In this document: one piece after another, positions 1-10,357 of the stretch | Layout of the letters: each line of letters opens with the position of its first letter | How positions within the stretch are numbered: position 1 is the stretch's first letter | NCBI GenBank assembly: GCA_032250835.1 | Contig: JAVVEA010000001.1 | Location: forward strand, 480,001-544,000 | From: a bacterium | Lineage (GTDB): Bacteria > SAR324 > XYD2-FULL-50-16 | Length of the DNA: 64,000 nt | Reading direction: 5' to 3' | Position numbers and translations under genes: made by a program | Notes under the pieces: model-generated | The model's database searches: none | The model's input: the letters and a program-made list of their open reading frames with translations, nothing else | What the model was told of the DNA's origin: nothing

Positions 1-1018
1 GCCTCTGTTGAGCGGGCTTTATGTCAGCAACCCCGTGGAATGGATGGACCCCTATGCCAAAGGGCTCTGGGCTTTGGGCCGAAGGCAAGAATGGCTGGAT
101 CTTTGGTTAAATGAACTGAACCAGCCGGGCGTCACCGACCCCCGGCGGGTGCAGATCGCCTTCAACTTATTGGATAAAAATTACAAACAAGAGGCCGAAG
201 CGATCTTCTTGACCCAAGCTCAAAACCAAGGCCCCACCGGTCCAGCGGTGCAGCAGTTGCTTTTCCTTTGGGGCCTGCGCCCCGAGCCGGGCCAGATCGA
301 GTGGTTGCAGCGCCGGGCAGATGCCGCGAGCGGCACCGAGCAAGCAGGCTGGTACCGACGTTTGGTTGAGGTCGGTGAAGGGGCGCGGTTAGCGGAGCTC
401 GTCGAGGCGAACCAACCCTGGAGCAACCAACCCCTAATCGATCTGTATCTAGAATACCTGGGCAACCAACGCGACCGCACGGATTTCTACCGACAGCTTT
501 CCAAGGCCATTGAGTTGGAAACGAATTTGGAGCGCTTAAAAAAATTGGCCCGCATGGCCGGGAACCAACCGCTGGCTGAAGCGGCGTTCAAGAAGCTCCT
601 GGCCGCCTTGCCGAGCGATAAAGAGGCCTCGGCCCAACGGGGCATCACCGCCTTTTTGCAGGGTAAATTCAGTAGTGCTGAAGGTTACCTAAGCGACGCA
701 ATCGACCAGGGCATAGTGGACGCCGAAGTTTATTACTATTACGGTCAACTGCTGTTGCGCAAAGACGACCCCAAGGGCAAAGATTGGCTACGCCAAGCGA
801 TGGCTCTCTTTGAAGTGAGCGGTAAAACCGGCATCGAGGTCCAATTGTTTCGGGCTCAAATCCTTTGGGATCTCGGGGAGCGCAAACAATGCATCGCGAT
901 TTATCGTCAGTTGATCCAGGCATATCCCTTGGAAATCGGGCTTAAGGCCGACTTGGCCAACCGCTTGATCGAAATGGGGCGTATCGGGGAAGCAGAGGAG
1001 TTGATTGGTGGTAAATAA
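1..1018 (+). CDS. TPR-repeat protein, probable PelB-like periplasmic scaffold (5'-truncated by window edge)
   Basis: Frame is open back to the window start; repeated TPR-like helices; overlaps the next gene; lies upstream of pelD/E/F/G. Confidence 0.7.
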   Translation, partial: PLLSGLYVSNPVEWMDPYAKGLWALGRRQEWLDLWLNELNQPGVTDPRRVQIAFNLLDKNYKQEAEAIFLTQAQNQGPTGPAVQQLLFLWGLRPEPGQIEWLQRRADAASGTEQAGWYRRLVEVGEGARLAELVEANQPWSNQPLIDLYLEYLGNQRDRTDFYRQLSKAIELETNLERLKKLARMAGNQPLAEAAFKKLLAALPSDKEASAQRGITAFLQGKFSSAEGYLSDAIDQGIVDAEVYYYYGQLLLRKDDPKGKDWLRQAMALFEVSGKTGIEVQLFRAQILWDLGERKQCIAIYRQLIQAYPLEIGLKADLANRLIEMGRIGEAEELIGGK

Positions 1019-2537
1019 AGCACTGTTTTTATTGTTGTGTTGCTGGAGCTTTTGGGGCTCGCTGCCGGTCTACGCCTTGGAGGTGGAGATTCTCTGGGAC
1101 CGCAAGCCTGAGTACCTGGACCTGACCTTAAAATGGAGCGAGCCGAGCGAGCCGAGTGTCTCTTATGACCGGCAAAACAACGAACTCCTGATCCGTTTCC
1201 CCGAAGGGATCAGCATGCCGGGGCTGCCGAGTGCGGAGCCGATCATGCAAGGCTGGGCCGAGGTGATCAGCCTCAGCTTCGACGCCCTCTTCATCAAACT
1301 ACATCCAGACCTCAAGGCCCAAGTTTCCCCTTCGGCGCAGCAACTGACGATCCGCTTAGAAAACCCTTACGCCGGTCGGGTTCCCTTGGATCAAAACACC
1401 TTGGCTTACCGTCTGGTGCAGACCCGGCTTTGGATGCGTCAGGGCCGGGTGTTGGAGTCTATGCACCGGCTAGAAGAGCTGCGTAAAAACAACCCTAAGT
1501 CCGTCTCCGTCCTGACTAGTTTGGTGGAAGCCCATCTGCTGCTGGGCAATTGGGCTAAAGCGTTGGAGATGGCCGAAGCGGCCATTGACGAAGACCCCTT
1601 AAACGAAGGGCTCTGGGACCTCAGGCGAGAGATTCTGCAACAACGAGGCAATGAAATCACTCTAACCGCACGTAGGCGTTGGAGCGACGGACTGTTTACC
1701 GAAAACATCCGCGAAGCCAGTTTAAACCTTCGTTTCTTCGAATATCTTTACTTAGGTGTTCAAACCGAAGAAAACCGGTATAATCTGCAGCAGTTGCGCC
1801 CTATCGCTCCCCTGGTGCCTGCTGCCGCCCAAGGGAGCCAGAGGCGCAACACCATCTACCTAGGGATGGACCTACCCTTTAATGTGAGTCTCAAAGGGGC
1901 CCAACAGACCCAAGAGGAATTGACGGGCCAGCAAGTTAGTCTGTACCTTTATGACCTGCTAGGCGAAACCCGACTGATCAGCGAGCAGACCCTGCCTTAC
2001 TGGGGCATCCAAGAAGGACTCTTGGGCAACAGCAGCCGCAGCCAAACTAGGCTGGAACGGGTCCTTAGACTGGGGCCAAGCTTTGAGATGATGTTAGCCC
2101 TTAGCGCTCGGGACTACGCCCTGATTGGTGATAATCTAGCCTCAAGCAGCGCGGTAGACGGGTATGCTCGCTATAGCTGGCGCAACCCTCGGGGGTTGGT
2201 CGAAGCAGTGCAAAGCAATGCGCGGCTTGAATTTGAAATCGATTGGGTTCAAGAAACCGCCCACAGCGTCCAGGTCCAATTGGACAGTTTCGCCAAGGCC
2301 TTTGACCAGAAATCGGTGATGCTCAAAGGGTTGATATCGGTCAGTTGGCTTGACGAACTCACCACCCAGGCCTATTTGGGGTATGGCATCAACCTATTGG
2401 CCACCAACGCCCCGCTGGCTGGATTTGACATCTTTACCATACCCTTTAAGCGAGGCGAATTGAATCTGGGCTATAACCGCTACATCGACCGACAGATAAC
2501 TTCAGAAGCTTATTTAACGGCAAGATGGAAGTTTTAG
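1005..2537 (+). CDS. Secreted TPR + C-terminal beta-barrel protein, probable PelB-like export porin
   Basis: Signal peptide ending VYA; TPR segment; alternating beta-strand pattern; C-terminal YLTARWKF outer-membrane signature; pel context. Confidence 0.6.
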   Translation: MVVNKALFLLLCCWSFWGSLPVYALEVEILWDRKPEYLDLTLKWSEPSEPSVSYDRQNNELLIRFPEGISMPGLPSAEPIMQGWAEVISLSFDALFIKLHPDLKAQVSPSAQQLTIRLENPYAGRVPLDQNTLAYRLVQTRLWMRQGRVLESMHRLEELRKNNPKSVSVLTSLVEAHLLLGNWAKALEMAEAAIDEDPLNEGLWDLRREILQQRGNEITLTARRRWSDGLFTENIREASLNLRFFEYLYLGVQTEENRYNLQQLRPIAPLVPAAAQGSQRRNTIYLGMDLPFNVSLKGAQQTQEELTGQQVSLYLYDLLGETRLISEQTLPYWGIQEGLLGNSSRSQTRLERVLRLGPSFEMMLALSARDYALIGDNLASSSAVDGYARYSWRNPRGLVEAVQSNARLEFEIDWVQETAHSVQVQLDSFAKAFDQKSVMLKGLISVSWLDELTTQAYLGYGINLLATNAPLAGFDIFTIPFKRGELNLGYNRYIDRQITSEAYLTARWKF

Positions 2538-3898
2538 AGCAACCCAAAAGGACAGCGCGCCGCCGCAACCGCCTCAATCTCTGGGACCGGCTGATGGCGC
2601 GTCCGCGCCTGTCGGCCTTTTTAGAGATTTTACTCTTTTTGGGTTTGGCGCTGCTGTTTGATTACCTGGCCGGAGCCGGTGAGCGCTTTTGGAATGTGAG
2701 CCCACACCCCTTTTGGATCATTATCCTCTTAATCGCCATCCAATACGGCACCAATGAGGGATTTTTGGCGGTAATCGCCGCCAGTGTAGCTCTGCTCGCC
2801 TGGAATCTGCCGCCCCAATCGATCGACGAAAGCATCTACGACTACTTGATTCAAGTGGTCTACCGCCCGATGTTGTGGGTGATCGCGACGGTAGTGGTCG
2901 GTGAGATGACCTTCCGCTTGCGTGAAACGAACCGAGAGTTGGCTCAAGACCTACACCAAATCCGCCAGCGAGAGGCGGCCATCACCAAAGCCTATTCACA
3001 CCTAAAGCAAATCAAAGAAACCATGGAAACGCGGCTGGTCGGCCAGTTGCGTAGCTCCATCGACAGTTTTAACGCCGTTAAAGCCGTCGACAACCTCAAC
3101 CCGGTCCAACTGCTTAAGGGCATCGGCGAAGTGGTCCGCACCATCACCGGACCCGAACAATTTTCGGTTTACATCTTCAGCCCCAACGGCTTTGAAATGA
3201 TCTCCCAAAAGGGCTGGGCCGATGATAACGAGTACGCCCACCGCATCTTCCCCGACAGCCCGCTGTTTCAGGCCCTGGCCGGTGGCCAGCGGGTGGTCTG
3301 CGTCATCAATAAAGGCGACGCCGAATTGCTCGACCAAGAAGGCATCATGGCGGGTCCGCTGATCGACCCGGTCAACAACACAGTTTTTGGGATGATCAAG
3401 ATCGAGCGGCTCGACTTTTTGGCACTCAACCAAACCAACTTAGAAACCTTTAAAATGATGTTAGAATGGGCCGGGGCCACCTTTGCCCAAGCCCGCCAAT
3501 ACCAAAAAGCTTACGCCAACCTGATGCACAGCCCCAAGTCAGGCGCGCTTTCGACCAATTTCTACAAATATTACCGAGCCTATCTCGAGCGGGTCGCCCG
3601 CATGCATCAGGTGTCCTTTTTTCATCTTGAGATCAGACTTGAGGACCGGGAACTGGTAGAAACGGCGGTGCGGGTCCGTTTTGGGCGGCAGTTGGTCGAA
3701 TATGCCAAAGATAGCCTACCTAGGGACCTTTTGTTGTTTGTCATGAAACGCAACCACAGCCAATTTGCCCTGATCCCCATGGGGGCTGATCAGGATGAAA
3801 TCGAGCAGATTGAAGAATCGCTGCGGACCTTCGTGACCGCCGTTGCGCCTAGTTTTCCTGACCTAACATTTCAGGTCCACCAAGAGCAAATCGGATGA
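2525..3898 (+). CDS. pelD: PelD-like protein (TM helices, coiled coil, GAF, degenerate GGDEF-like C-terminus)
   Basis: HPFWIIILLIAIQYGT TM motif; coiled coil; GAF-like region; position before pelE/F/G. Confidence 0.75.
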   Translation: MEVLEQPKRTARRRNRLNLWDRLMARPRLSAFLEILLFLGLALLFDYLAGAGERFWNVSPHPFWIIILLIAIQYGTNEGFLAVIAASVALLAWNLPPQSIDESIYDYLIQVVYRPMLWVIATVVVGEMTFRLRETNRELAQDLHQIRQREAAITKAYSHLKQIKETMETRLVGQLRSSIDSFNAVKAVDNLNPVQLLKGIGEVVRTITGPEQFSVYIFSPNGFEMISQKGWADDNEYAHRIFPDSPLFQALAGGQRVVCVINKGDAELLDQEGIMAGPLIDPVNNTVFGMIKIERLDFLALNQTNLETFKMMLEWAGATFAQARQYQKAYANLMHSPKSGALSTNFYKYYRAYLERVARMHQVSFFHLEIRLEDRELVETAVRVRFGRQLVEYAKDSLPRDLLLFVMKRNHSQFALIPMGADQDEIEQIEESLRTFVTAVAPSFPDLTFQVHQEQIG

Positions 3899-5058
3899 GC
3901 GCCACCGACCCCCAACAAAACGAAGCCTTGGGTCTTGCCTTCGGGTTAGACGAAGAGGGCAATAACCTGCTGGCCTTGAGGTTACGCAAGCGAGATTGGG
4001 CCCTGCATCTGGGCTTGATCCTGCCGGCCTTGGCGGTGGAGTGGATCGCTTCGTTGAGTTTCTTAGACCGGATAATCAGCCTCCAAAACCTTTTGTGGGT
4101 TCATGGAGCAGTGGTGGCTGTGATCTTGGGGGTTTTTCTTTGGACTCAAAAACATGACTACGACCCTATTTTCTTGTTGCTGTTGTTGATTTTCACCGCC
4201 TCCATGGGGCCCTTTGGGCCCATGATCATTCTGCTCTCTTTTATTGTTTTTTGGCGCTATAGTAAGGAACGGCGGAGCTTTGCCGATTGGTTCGCTTCTC
4301 TTTTTCCCGAAGAAGACTTAGACGAAACCGAGGAATTGTTCCAGCGCATCCTCTCGGGCCGTGACGACTTGAGCGAAAAGGGCGGGATCATGAGTTTTCA
4401 GGATGTTTTTGTGGTCGGGACCTTGGCCCAAAAGCGGCTGGCACTCACCAAAATCGCCAAGCACTTCCGCAAAGACTTCGCCCCAGCCCTGAGGATGGCG
4501 TTAACCGACGAATCCAACGCCATCCGGGTTCAGGCGGCAACGGTGGCCGCCCGGATCGAGCAGAGCTTTGTCTCCGATTTGATGCGCTTGACACAACAAC
4601 ACAAAAAGCAACCGACCGATGCGGAGGTCTTGCTGCAATTAGCGCGGCAAACAGACAATTATTCTTATTCGGGCATCTTGGATGGCGAACGTCTAGAAGA
4701 CATGATCCAACTGACCATAACCTATTATCAAGGCTACCTGGAACTACGCCCTGAAGACTACCAGACTCGTTTTATTTTGGGCCGGATTTTACTGCACCAC
4801 AATCAGGCCGAAGAGGCTCAAAATGCCTTTTGGGCCTGCATCAATGAAGGCGGCATGGACCAACCTTCGGTGCATGTCTGGTACCTTCAGGCCCTATTCC
4901 AGCTGCGCGATTTTTGGGCGATCCATGAATACATGGAAAATTACCAGATGCCGGTGGTGGAACCGGGGAGTATGGCCTCCCTGGCCGCTGAGTTTGGCCT
5001 GCTGGAGTTCTGGAAGAAAGGGGCCAGCGCAAAAGAATTGAAGTTGGAGATGCAATGA
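3895..5058 (+). CDS. pelE: PelE-like membrane protein with HEAT/TPR region
   Basis: N-terminal TMs; LRMALTDESNAIRVQAA HEAT-like motif; YSYSGILD; C-terminal TPR; ATGA overlaps on both sides. Confidence 0.7.
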   Translation: MSATDPQQNEALGLAFGLDEEGNNLLALRLRKRDWALHLGLILPALAVEWIASLSFLDRIISLQNLLWVHGAVVAVILGVFLWTQKHDYDPIFLLLLLIFTASMGPFGPMIILLSFIVFWRYSKERRSFADWFASLFPEEDLDETEELFQRILSGRDDLSEKGGIMSFQDVFVVGTLAQKRLALTKIAKHFRKDFAPALRMALTDESNAIRVQAATVAARIEQSFVSDLMRLTQQHKKQPTDAEVLLQLARQTDNYSYSGILDGERLEDMIQLTITYYQGYLELRPEDYQTRFILGRILLHHNQAEEAQNAFWACINEGGMDQPSVHVWYLQALFQLRDFWAIHEYMENYQMPVVEPGSMASLAAEFGLLEFWKKGASAKELKLEMQ

Positions 5059-6590
5059 ACTCCGACATCTGTTTGATTTTAGAGGGGACCTACCCTTACG
5101 TTTCTGGTGGAGTTTCGGGCTGGACCCATGAATTGATCAAAGAGCAACCAGACAAAAAATTCTCGCTTTTTTGTCTGGTTCCACCGGGCTCCTTAAAGAA
5201 ACTCAAACACAAATATGAGGTGCCGCCCAATGTGGTGGAGATCGTTAACGTGGAATTGCAGCATCTACCACTTTACAAGAAATCTATCTCTAAGCTAGAA
5301 CGCCGCCGCTTGATGAAACGCTTGCATGAACCTTTGATGAAGCTGCAAACCAACGCGTCTTTAGAGGACTTAGAACATTTACTGGGGCTTTTAAAGGCCT
5401 CAGGAAAGAAGCTGGGGCGCGAGACCTTAACGGATTCTAAAGAAGCCTTCGGGTTGCTCTGCGACATGTATGAAGAAGCCCTGCCGACCAGTAGCTTTTT
5501 GGACTATTTCTGGTCCTGGCGAGCTTTGCTGGGCGGGCTCTTTTCGGTGCTTACCTGCGACTACCCGCAAGCCGCCTGTTATCACTCCCTTTGCACCGGC
5601 TACGCAGGATTATTTATGGCCCGCGTTTCGCTCGAAACCAAACGCCCCACGCTGCTGGCCGAGCATGGAATCTACACCAACGAGCGCCGGATTGAAATCG
5701 GCACCGCCGAATGGCTGGATGACCAGCAATCCTTAAACCTCAACGTAGACCTGCGCGCGACCCGCAAAAGCTTGCGGGATTTTTGGATCGATAGCTTTAT
5801 TGGCTATTCGCGCCTCGCTTACCAAGTCGCTGAATGGAGCATTACCCTTTACGAGGGGAACAAGGAACTGCAATTAGACGACGGGGCGGACCCCAAGTAT
5901 TTAAAGGTAATCCCCAATGGGATCGACTTTGAAACCTACAGCAAAATCCCGCGCAAAAGCGAAGGACGCCCAACGGTTGGCTTTATTGGACGGGTGGTAC
6001 CGATCAAAGACCTCAAGACGCTGATCCGTGCTTGTGGCTTTCTGCGAGAATCGGTGCCGGATGTGCAAGTTTGGATCATGGGACCGACCGAAGAGGATGC
6101 GGAATATTACGAGGAATGCCTAGACTTAGTGCAGCATGGCGGGCTTGAAGAGGTTGTCCGTTTTTTAGGAAAAGTCAACATCAAGGAATATTTAGGCCAA
6201 ATTGACGTGTTGGTCTTAACCAGCCTTTCAGAAGCCCAGCCCTTGGTGATCTTGGAGGCTGGCGGGGTGGGGGTGCCTTCGGTGGCTACCGATGTAGGTT
6301 CTTGTAGCGAGTTGATCTTCGGCAGCCCCACCGAAGACCCACCGATCGGACCGGGCGGTGCCATCTGCCCATTGGCTTCGCCCACGGCCGTCGCCGAGGC
6401 TCTGGCCAAGTTGCTCAATGACCGAAAGGTTTATGAACGCTGTAGCCGAGCGATTAAAGAACGAGTGGACCGGTACTACCGCAAAGAGTTACAGCACCAA
6501 GCCTACCGCGAGATGTACGAACAATTGATAGCCCAGCCCAAGGTGGATACCTTGGCCCGGATGGGTGCTCGAATGCCCGTGGAGGACTGA
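5055..6590 (+). CDS. pelF: GT4 glycosyltransferase PelF (DUF3492 + Glycos_transf_1)
   Basis: EGTYPYVSGGVSGW, EHGIYTNER, GRVVPIKD, SEAQPLVILEA motifs. Confidence 0.93.
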   Translation: MNSDICLILEGTYPYVSGGVSGWTHELIKEQPDKKFSLFCLVPPGSLKKLKHKYEVPPNVVEIVNVELQHLPLYKKSISKLERRRLMKRLHEPLMKLQTNASLEDLEHLLGLLKASGKKLGRETLTDSKEAFGLLCDMYEEALPTSSFLDYFWSWRALLGGLFSVLTCDYPQAACYHSLCTGYAGLFMARVSLETKRPTLLAEHGIYTNERRIEIGTAEWLDDQQSLNLNVDLRATRKSLRDFWIDSFIGYSRLAYQVAEWSITLYEGNKELQLDDGADPKYLKVIPNGIDFETYSKIPRKSEGRPTVGFIGRVVPIKDLKTLIRACGFLRESVPDVQVWIMGPTEEDAEYYEECLDLVQHGGLEEVVRFLGKVNIKEYLGQIDVLVLTSLSEAQPLVILEAGGVGVPSVATDVGSCSELIFGSPTEDPPIGPGGAICPLASPTAVAEALAKLLNDRKVYERCSRAIKERVDRYYRKELQHQAYREMYEQLIAQPKVDTLARMGARMPVED

Positions 6591-7975
6591 TGGCAGGGAT
6601 CGGCTTTGTTCTAAGACGCTTGAGCCGCCAAGACAATCTTTTGGGCTTGATGCAGGCCTATGTCTATTCGGCGCTCATCTCTACCGGTCCTTGGATGTTC
6701 ACCATCCTCTCTTTGGGCTCGATCACTTTCTTGGCCGGAAAATTCACCAGCATCGACGTGCTCTCAGAATTCCGGCGGGTGATCATCTACAACTTCGCCT
6801 TTTCGCTGGTCTTCAGTGCGCCGATCTTTATGGTGGTGACCCGCTATTTGGCCGATGCAATCTATGCCAAGGACGTCAAACGTACGCCCGGACTGCTGAT
6901 CGGCGGGACGCTGCTGATGTTTGGGACCCAACTTCCGCCGGTATTGATCTTCTATTTCGGCTACGCCAACATCAACCCGGCGCTGGCCTTTGCCGCAACC
7001 ATCAATTTTTTGCTGATTTCCGAAATCTGGCTGATCAGTGTGTTTGTTACGGCCCTAAAGGACTACAAAACCGTAACCCTGGCCTTCGGGTTAGGCATGG
7101 GGTTCTCGGCGCTCTCGTCGGCCTTCTTGGTCGAAACTTTGGGGCTGATCGGGTTGTTGACCTCCTTTAGCTTAGGCTTGTGTATCATCATCGCCCTTTT
7201 GGTGGCGCGGATTTTAGCCGAGTATCCCTACCGATTCGAAAAACCTTTCGACTTTATCCAGTACTTCCCGCGCTACTGGGAGGTAGCTGCGGCCGGGGTG
7301 ACTTACAATAGCGCTAGTTGGGTTGATAAATGGATCATGTGGTTTGCGCCCGAGGGGGACCACTCCCCGACGGGCCTCTTTTTGTATCCCAACTACGACA
7401 GCGCCATGTTTTTGGCCTACCTGAGCATCGTCCCCTCGATGGCCATGTTCATCATGAGTGTGGAAACCAGCTTTTTTGAAGCTTACCTGCGTTTCTACCG
7501 GGACATCCAAAACAAAGCGCCGCTATCCCAGATCCGCCGCAACCACAAAGCCATTCTGGATTCGCTGATCAAGAGCGCTCGGAACTTTTTGGTGATCCAA
7601 GGCAGCGTTTCGGTGATTTGCATCTTACTGGCCAGCAAAATATTCCTGAGCATGGGGATCAACTTCATGCAGATCAGTATCTTCCGATTTGGCGTTTTGG
7701 GTAGTTTCTTTCAGGTCTTGACCCTCTTTGTGAACATCGTGCTCTCTTACTTCGACTGCCGGTCGGCTTACCTAAAGTTGCAGGGCTTTTTCCTGGTCAG
7801 TAACGGGGTCTTTACGGTCCTTTTCTTGATGGGGGGCTTTAGGTTTTACGGCATGGGGTTCTTTTTCGCCTCGGTGGCTACCTTCGTGGTTTCCGCCAGT
7901 TACATGATGTATTATCTTTTACGTTTGCCCTACCACACCTTTGTGACCACTAACGCCTCGGTCAACTCAGACTAG
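6590..7975 (+). CDS. pelG: Pel exopolysaccharide transporter PelG
   Basis: MAGIGFVLRRL N-terminus; STGPW; WVDKWIMW; YDSAMFLAYL; about 12 TMs. Confidence 0.93.
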   Translation: MAGIGFVLRRLSRQDNLLGLMQAYVYSALISTGPWMFTILSLGSITFLAGKFTSIDVLSEFRRVIIYNFAFSLVFSAPIFMVVTRYLADAIYAKDVKRTPGLLIGGTLLMFGTQLPPVLIFYFGYANINPALAFAATINFLLISEIWLISVFVTALKDYKTVTLAFGLGMGFSALSSAFLVETLGLIGLLTSFSLGLCIIIALLVARILAEYPYRFEKPFDFIQYFPRYWEVAAAGVTYNSASWVDKWIMWFAPEGDHSPTGLFLYPNYDSAMFLAYLSIVPSMAMFIMSVETSFFEAYLRFYRDIQNKAPLSQIRRNHKAILDSLIKSARNFLVIQGSVSVICILLASKIFLSMGINFMQISIFRFGVLGSFFQVLTLFVNIVLSYFDCRSAYLKLQGFFLVSNGVFTVLFLMGGFRFYGMGFFFASVATFVVSASYMMYYLLRLPYHTFVTTNASVNSD

Positions 7976-8154
7976 GCTTGTGGTTTGCATCTCTCCTTCC
8001 GCACAGTAAGCGGCTTTAGGGAAGAAACCTTAAGCAAACTTTCAGCTTGCTTTCTGTCGATCAGCCTTTAGTATAGATCAGACTAGTCCCCTCAGAAAAA
8101 TAGGGAACTGACTTGGGGCGTAGAGGGTTTGTGAACCTACCTATTGGTCATTCT

Positions 8155-8526
8155 ATGGAGCAACGGCGCAACTCGCGGATCCAAAAGCAATTCGCCGCCC
8201 TGCTGGAGAATTTAGATACCGCAGAGAGCACCACCGGACGGATTGAGGACATCTCCGCCAACGGCGTTCGCGTAACTTTGTCCGAAGAAAACTTCGCCCA
8301 AGAAGGCCACCATATGCGGGTGTCCTTTGAATGCGAAGAACTGCACTTTGAAGAAAACGTGGTGTTGGAGGTCTTTGTGCGCAGCATCTGGACCGACAAA
8401 GCAGGCGACACCAACCTAGGCCTTCAGGCCGAAGAAAATGCCAAAGGCCTCAAGCGACTTGAAGAAACTTGGCTGGCCTTGATGTTTGATGAGATCCACA
8501 AAGACGACGATATTTCCTACTTTTAA
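8155..8526 (+). CDS. Stand-alone PilZ-domain protein (c-di-GMP receptor)
   Basis: RRNSR (RxxxR) and DISANG (D/NxSxxG) motifs. Confidence 0.85.
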   Translation: MEQRRNSRIQKQFAALLENLDTAESTTGRIEDISANGVRVTLSEENFAQEGHHMRVSFECEELHFEENVVLEVFVRSIWTDKAGDTNLGLQAEENAKGLKRLEETWLALMFDEIHKDDDISYF

Positions 8527-8556
8527 GTCCCATCCCCCGAAGCCTTCCGCTTAGTC

Positions 8557-8586
8557 TTGCATCAGACCTTCGCGCTTTGGTATAAT
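8557..8586 (+). promoter_or_regulatory. Sigma70-type promoter for the USP gene
   Basis: TTGCAT-N18-TATAAT with TG extended -10; AAGGAGG RBS before ATG 8644. Confidence 0.6.
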
Positions 8587-8643
8587 ATGTCAAAGCCAAG
8601 AGCCTTTTGGTTCTGCAAACCATACCCTTGTTAAGGAGGCCCC

Positions 8644-9468
8644 ATGAAACGACAAATACTTATCCCTCTCGACTCTAGTTCGGTTGGGCGAGACGTGATC
8701 CACCTAGCGGATCAGTGGGGCCAAATGTTTGAAGCCGAATTGATTTTTTTACAAGTCAATCCGGTGCAACGGGGCGAAAGCGACCAGACCCTTTTAGAGT
8801 CGGTTTTAGCGGCTGAAAAAATCACTGCGCCTTACCAAGCCTACGCCGCCTACGGCAATCCGGCCCAGGAAATATTGGAGTTAGAGCGCCGCCTCAATCC
8901 TTGGCTGATCATGATGGCTGCACACAGCCATTCGGTGATGGCCCGCATCCTTTTAGGCAGCAACACCGATTATGTGGTCAACCTCTCAAAGACCAGCGTG
9001 CTGGTCTACAAAAGGTCTCTAGAAGCCTTAAAAGACGTGATCCTGGTGCCCGTCGACTATTCGGAGGTCAACACCAAGACCATCGCCTGGGCTGACGAAC
9101 TGGCCCAAAAGATGGGTTTAAGCCTGATGTTCTTGCATGTCTACAGCCTGCCCGAGTTTGCCCATTATAACATGGAACATGGCTGGCAGTGGGATCAGAT
9201 GGAGATCGAGCGTTTCCGCCAAGAAGAGGAAAGGCGTTTGGAAGGGTACTTAACTGCTAGGGGCATCAAAAGCCCCTACCAGTTTGAATTGGGGCTCGGC
9301 AAACCCTATGAGCAGATCATGCTGCGCCAACAACACCTCAACGCCCGCTTAATCGTCATGGCTTCGCACCAACACAGCCTGATGGAGCGGGTCCTTTTGG
9401 GCAGCAACACCAAGTACTTGCTGCACCAAGCCAACTGTCCGTTGTTGGTCTATAAAGACGCCGAGTAA
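8644..9468 (+). CDS. Universal stress protein, tandem USP domains
   Basis: Two ILI/VPxD starts and two LLGSNT motifs. Confidence 0.9.
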   Translation: MKRQILIPLDSSSVGRDVIHLADQWGQMFEAELIFLQVNPVQRGESDQTLLESVLAAEKITAPYQAYAAYGNPAQEILELERRLNPWLIMMAAHSHSVMARILLGSNTDYVVNLSKTSVLVYKRSLEALKDVILVPVDYSEVNTKTIAWADELAQKMGLSLMFLHVYSLPEFAHYNMEHGWQWDQMEIERFRQEEERRLEGYLTARGIKSPYQFELGLGKPYEQIMLRQQHLNARLIVMASHQHSLMERVLLGSNTKYLLHQANCPLLVYKDAE

Positions 9469-9474
9469 ACCAGC

Positions 9475-9500
9475 GCCGGGCCTCTCTTGAGGGGCCCGGC
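9475..9500. terminator. GC-rich hairpin between convergent genes
   Basis: GCCGGGCCTCTC-TT-GAGGGGCCCGGC inverted repeat. Confidence 0.6.
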
Positions 9501-9510
9501 AGTCGGCTGG

Positions 9511-10128
9511 CTAAAAGACCCAGCGCATCGTATAGGCACCAGAGCCCGTGATACGGACCTCGCTTTTACTGCCATCGTCCCACAGGATGTCCATCCCGCT
9601 GCTGTAGCCGCCAAGTTTAAAACCTAATTCTAGGTTGTCTTTAACCCGCCACATAAACGGAATTTCCACACCGCTCATGCCGCCCGAAGCCGTATAGCTG
9701 TTCGAAACACTATTGCCCAACAGCGATGCGGTCAGGGTGGTGGTCCCCGTGGAAGAGCCGATCAGCAAAGAAGGGGTGATAAAAAAGTCCTTCGACGCTT
9801 CGATGCGGTAGCCCCCACCGATCAAAAAAGCTACTTGGACATATTCCACCTCGGCGGTAACCGTCCAGCCGTCAATCACGACGTATTCTGTTCCCGTCAA
9901 GGCCCAAGAGTTGTATTGGGCTTGAAATACAAAGTTACTGTCAAAAATATATTCATAGGTCGGTAAGTCCAACCGGGCACCTGCCAAAGAGATATCTAAA
10001 TTCGGTTCGTGGTACGTTCCGCCAGCAGAACCTACGGAAAAGCCAAGTTGATGCTCGCCAGCAAAGGCAGGCGACAATCCGCAAATAAAACTAAAAGCAA
10101 AAAAAACTACCGTGATAATTGATTTCAT
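9511..10128 (-). CDS. Small outer-membrane beta-barrel protein
   Basis: Signal peptide ending AFA; amphipathic strands; C-terminal YTMRWVF. Confidence 0.75.
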   Translation of the reverse strand: MKSIITVVFFAFSFICGLSPAFAGEHQLGFSVGSAGGTYHEPNLDISLAGARLDLPTYEYIFDSNFVFQAQYNSWALTGTEYVVIDGWTVTAEVEYVQVAFLIGGGYRIEASKDFFITPSLLIGSSTGTTTLTASLLGNSVSNSYTASGGMSGVEIPFMWRVKDNLELGFKLGGYSSGMDILWDDGSKSEVRITGSGAYTMRWVF

Positions 10129-10357
10129 GAATGGCTCCCAAAGTTATAATAAATGGAGCCATAGCTATAGCGGCCAATTTGGATATAGAAAAGACAGTGC
10201 CCGGTCAAAGTCGGCTAAAATTCTAAAAACCCGCCTCAATCAAATTCTTTTGAGGCCCGGTCAACGGGGATTTAAGCTCAGTGGCTTCCACCCAAAAAGT
10301 TGGACCCCGGCCCGCCGGGCGGCACTCAAATTTTCGCGCCAATTGATCTATAGTGCC

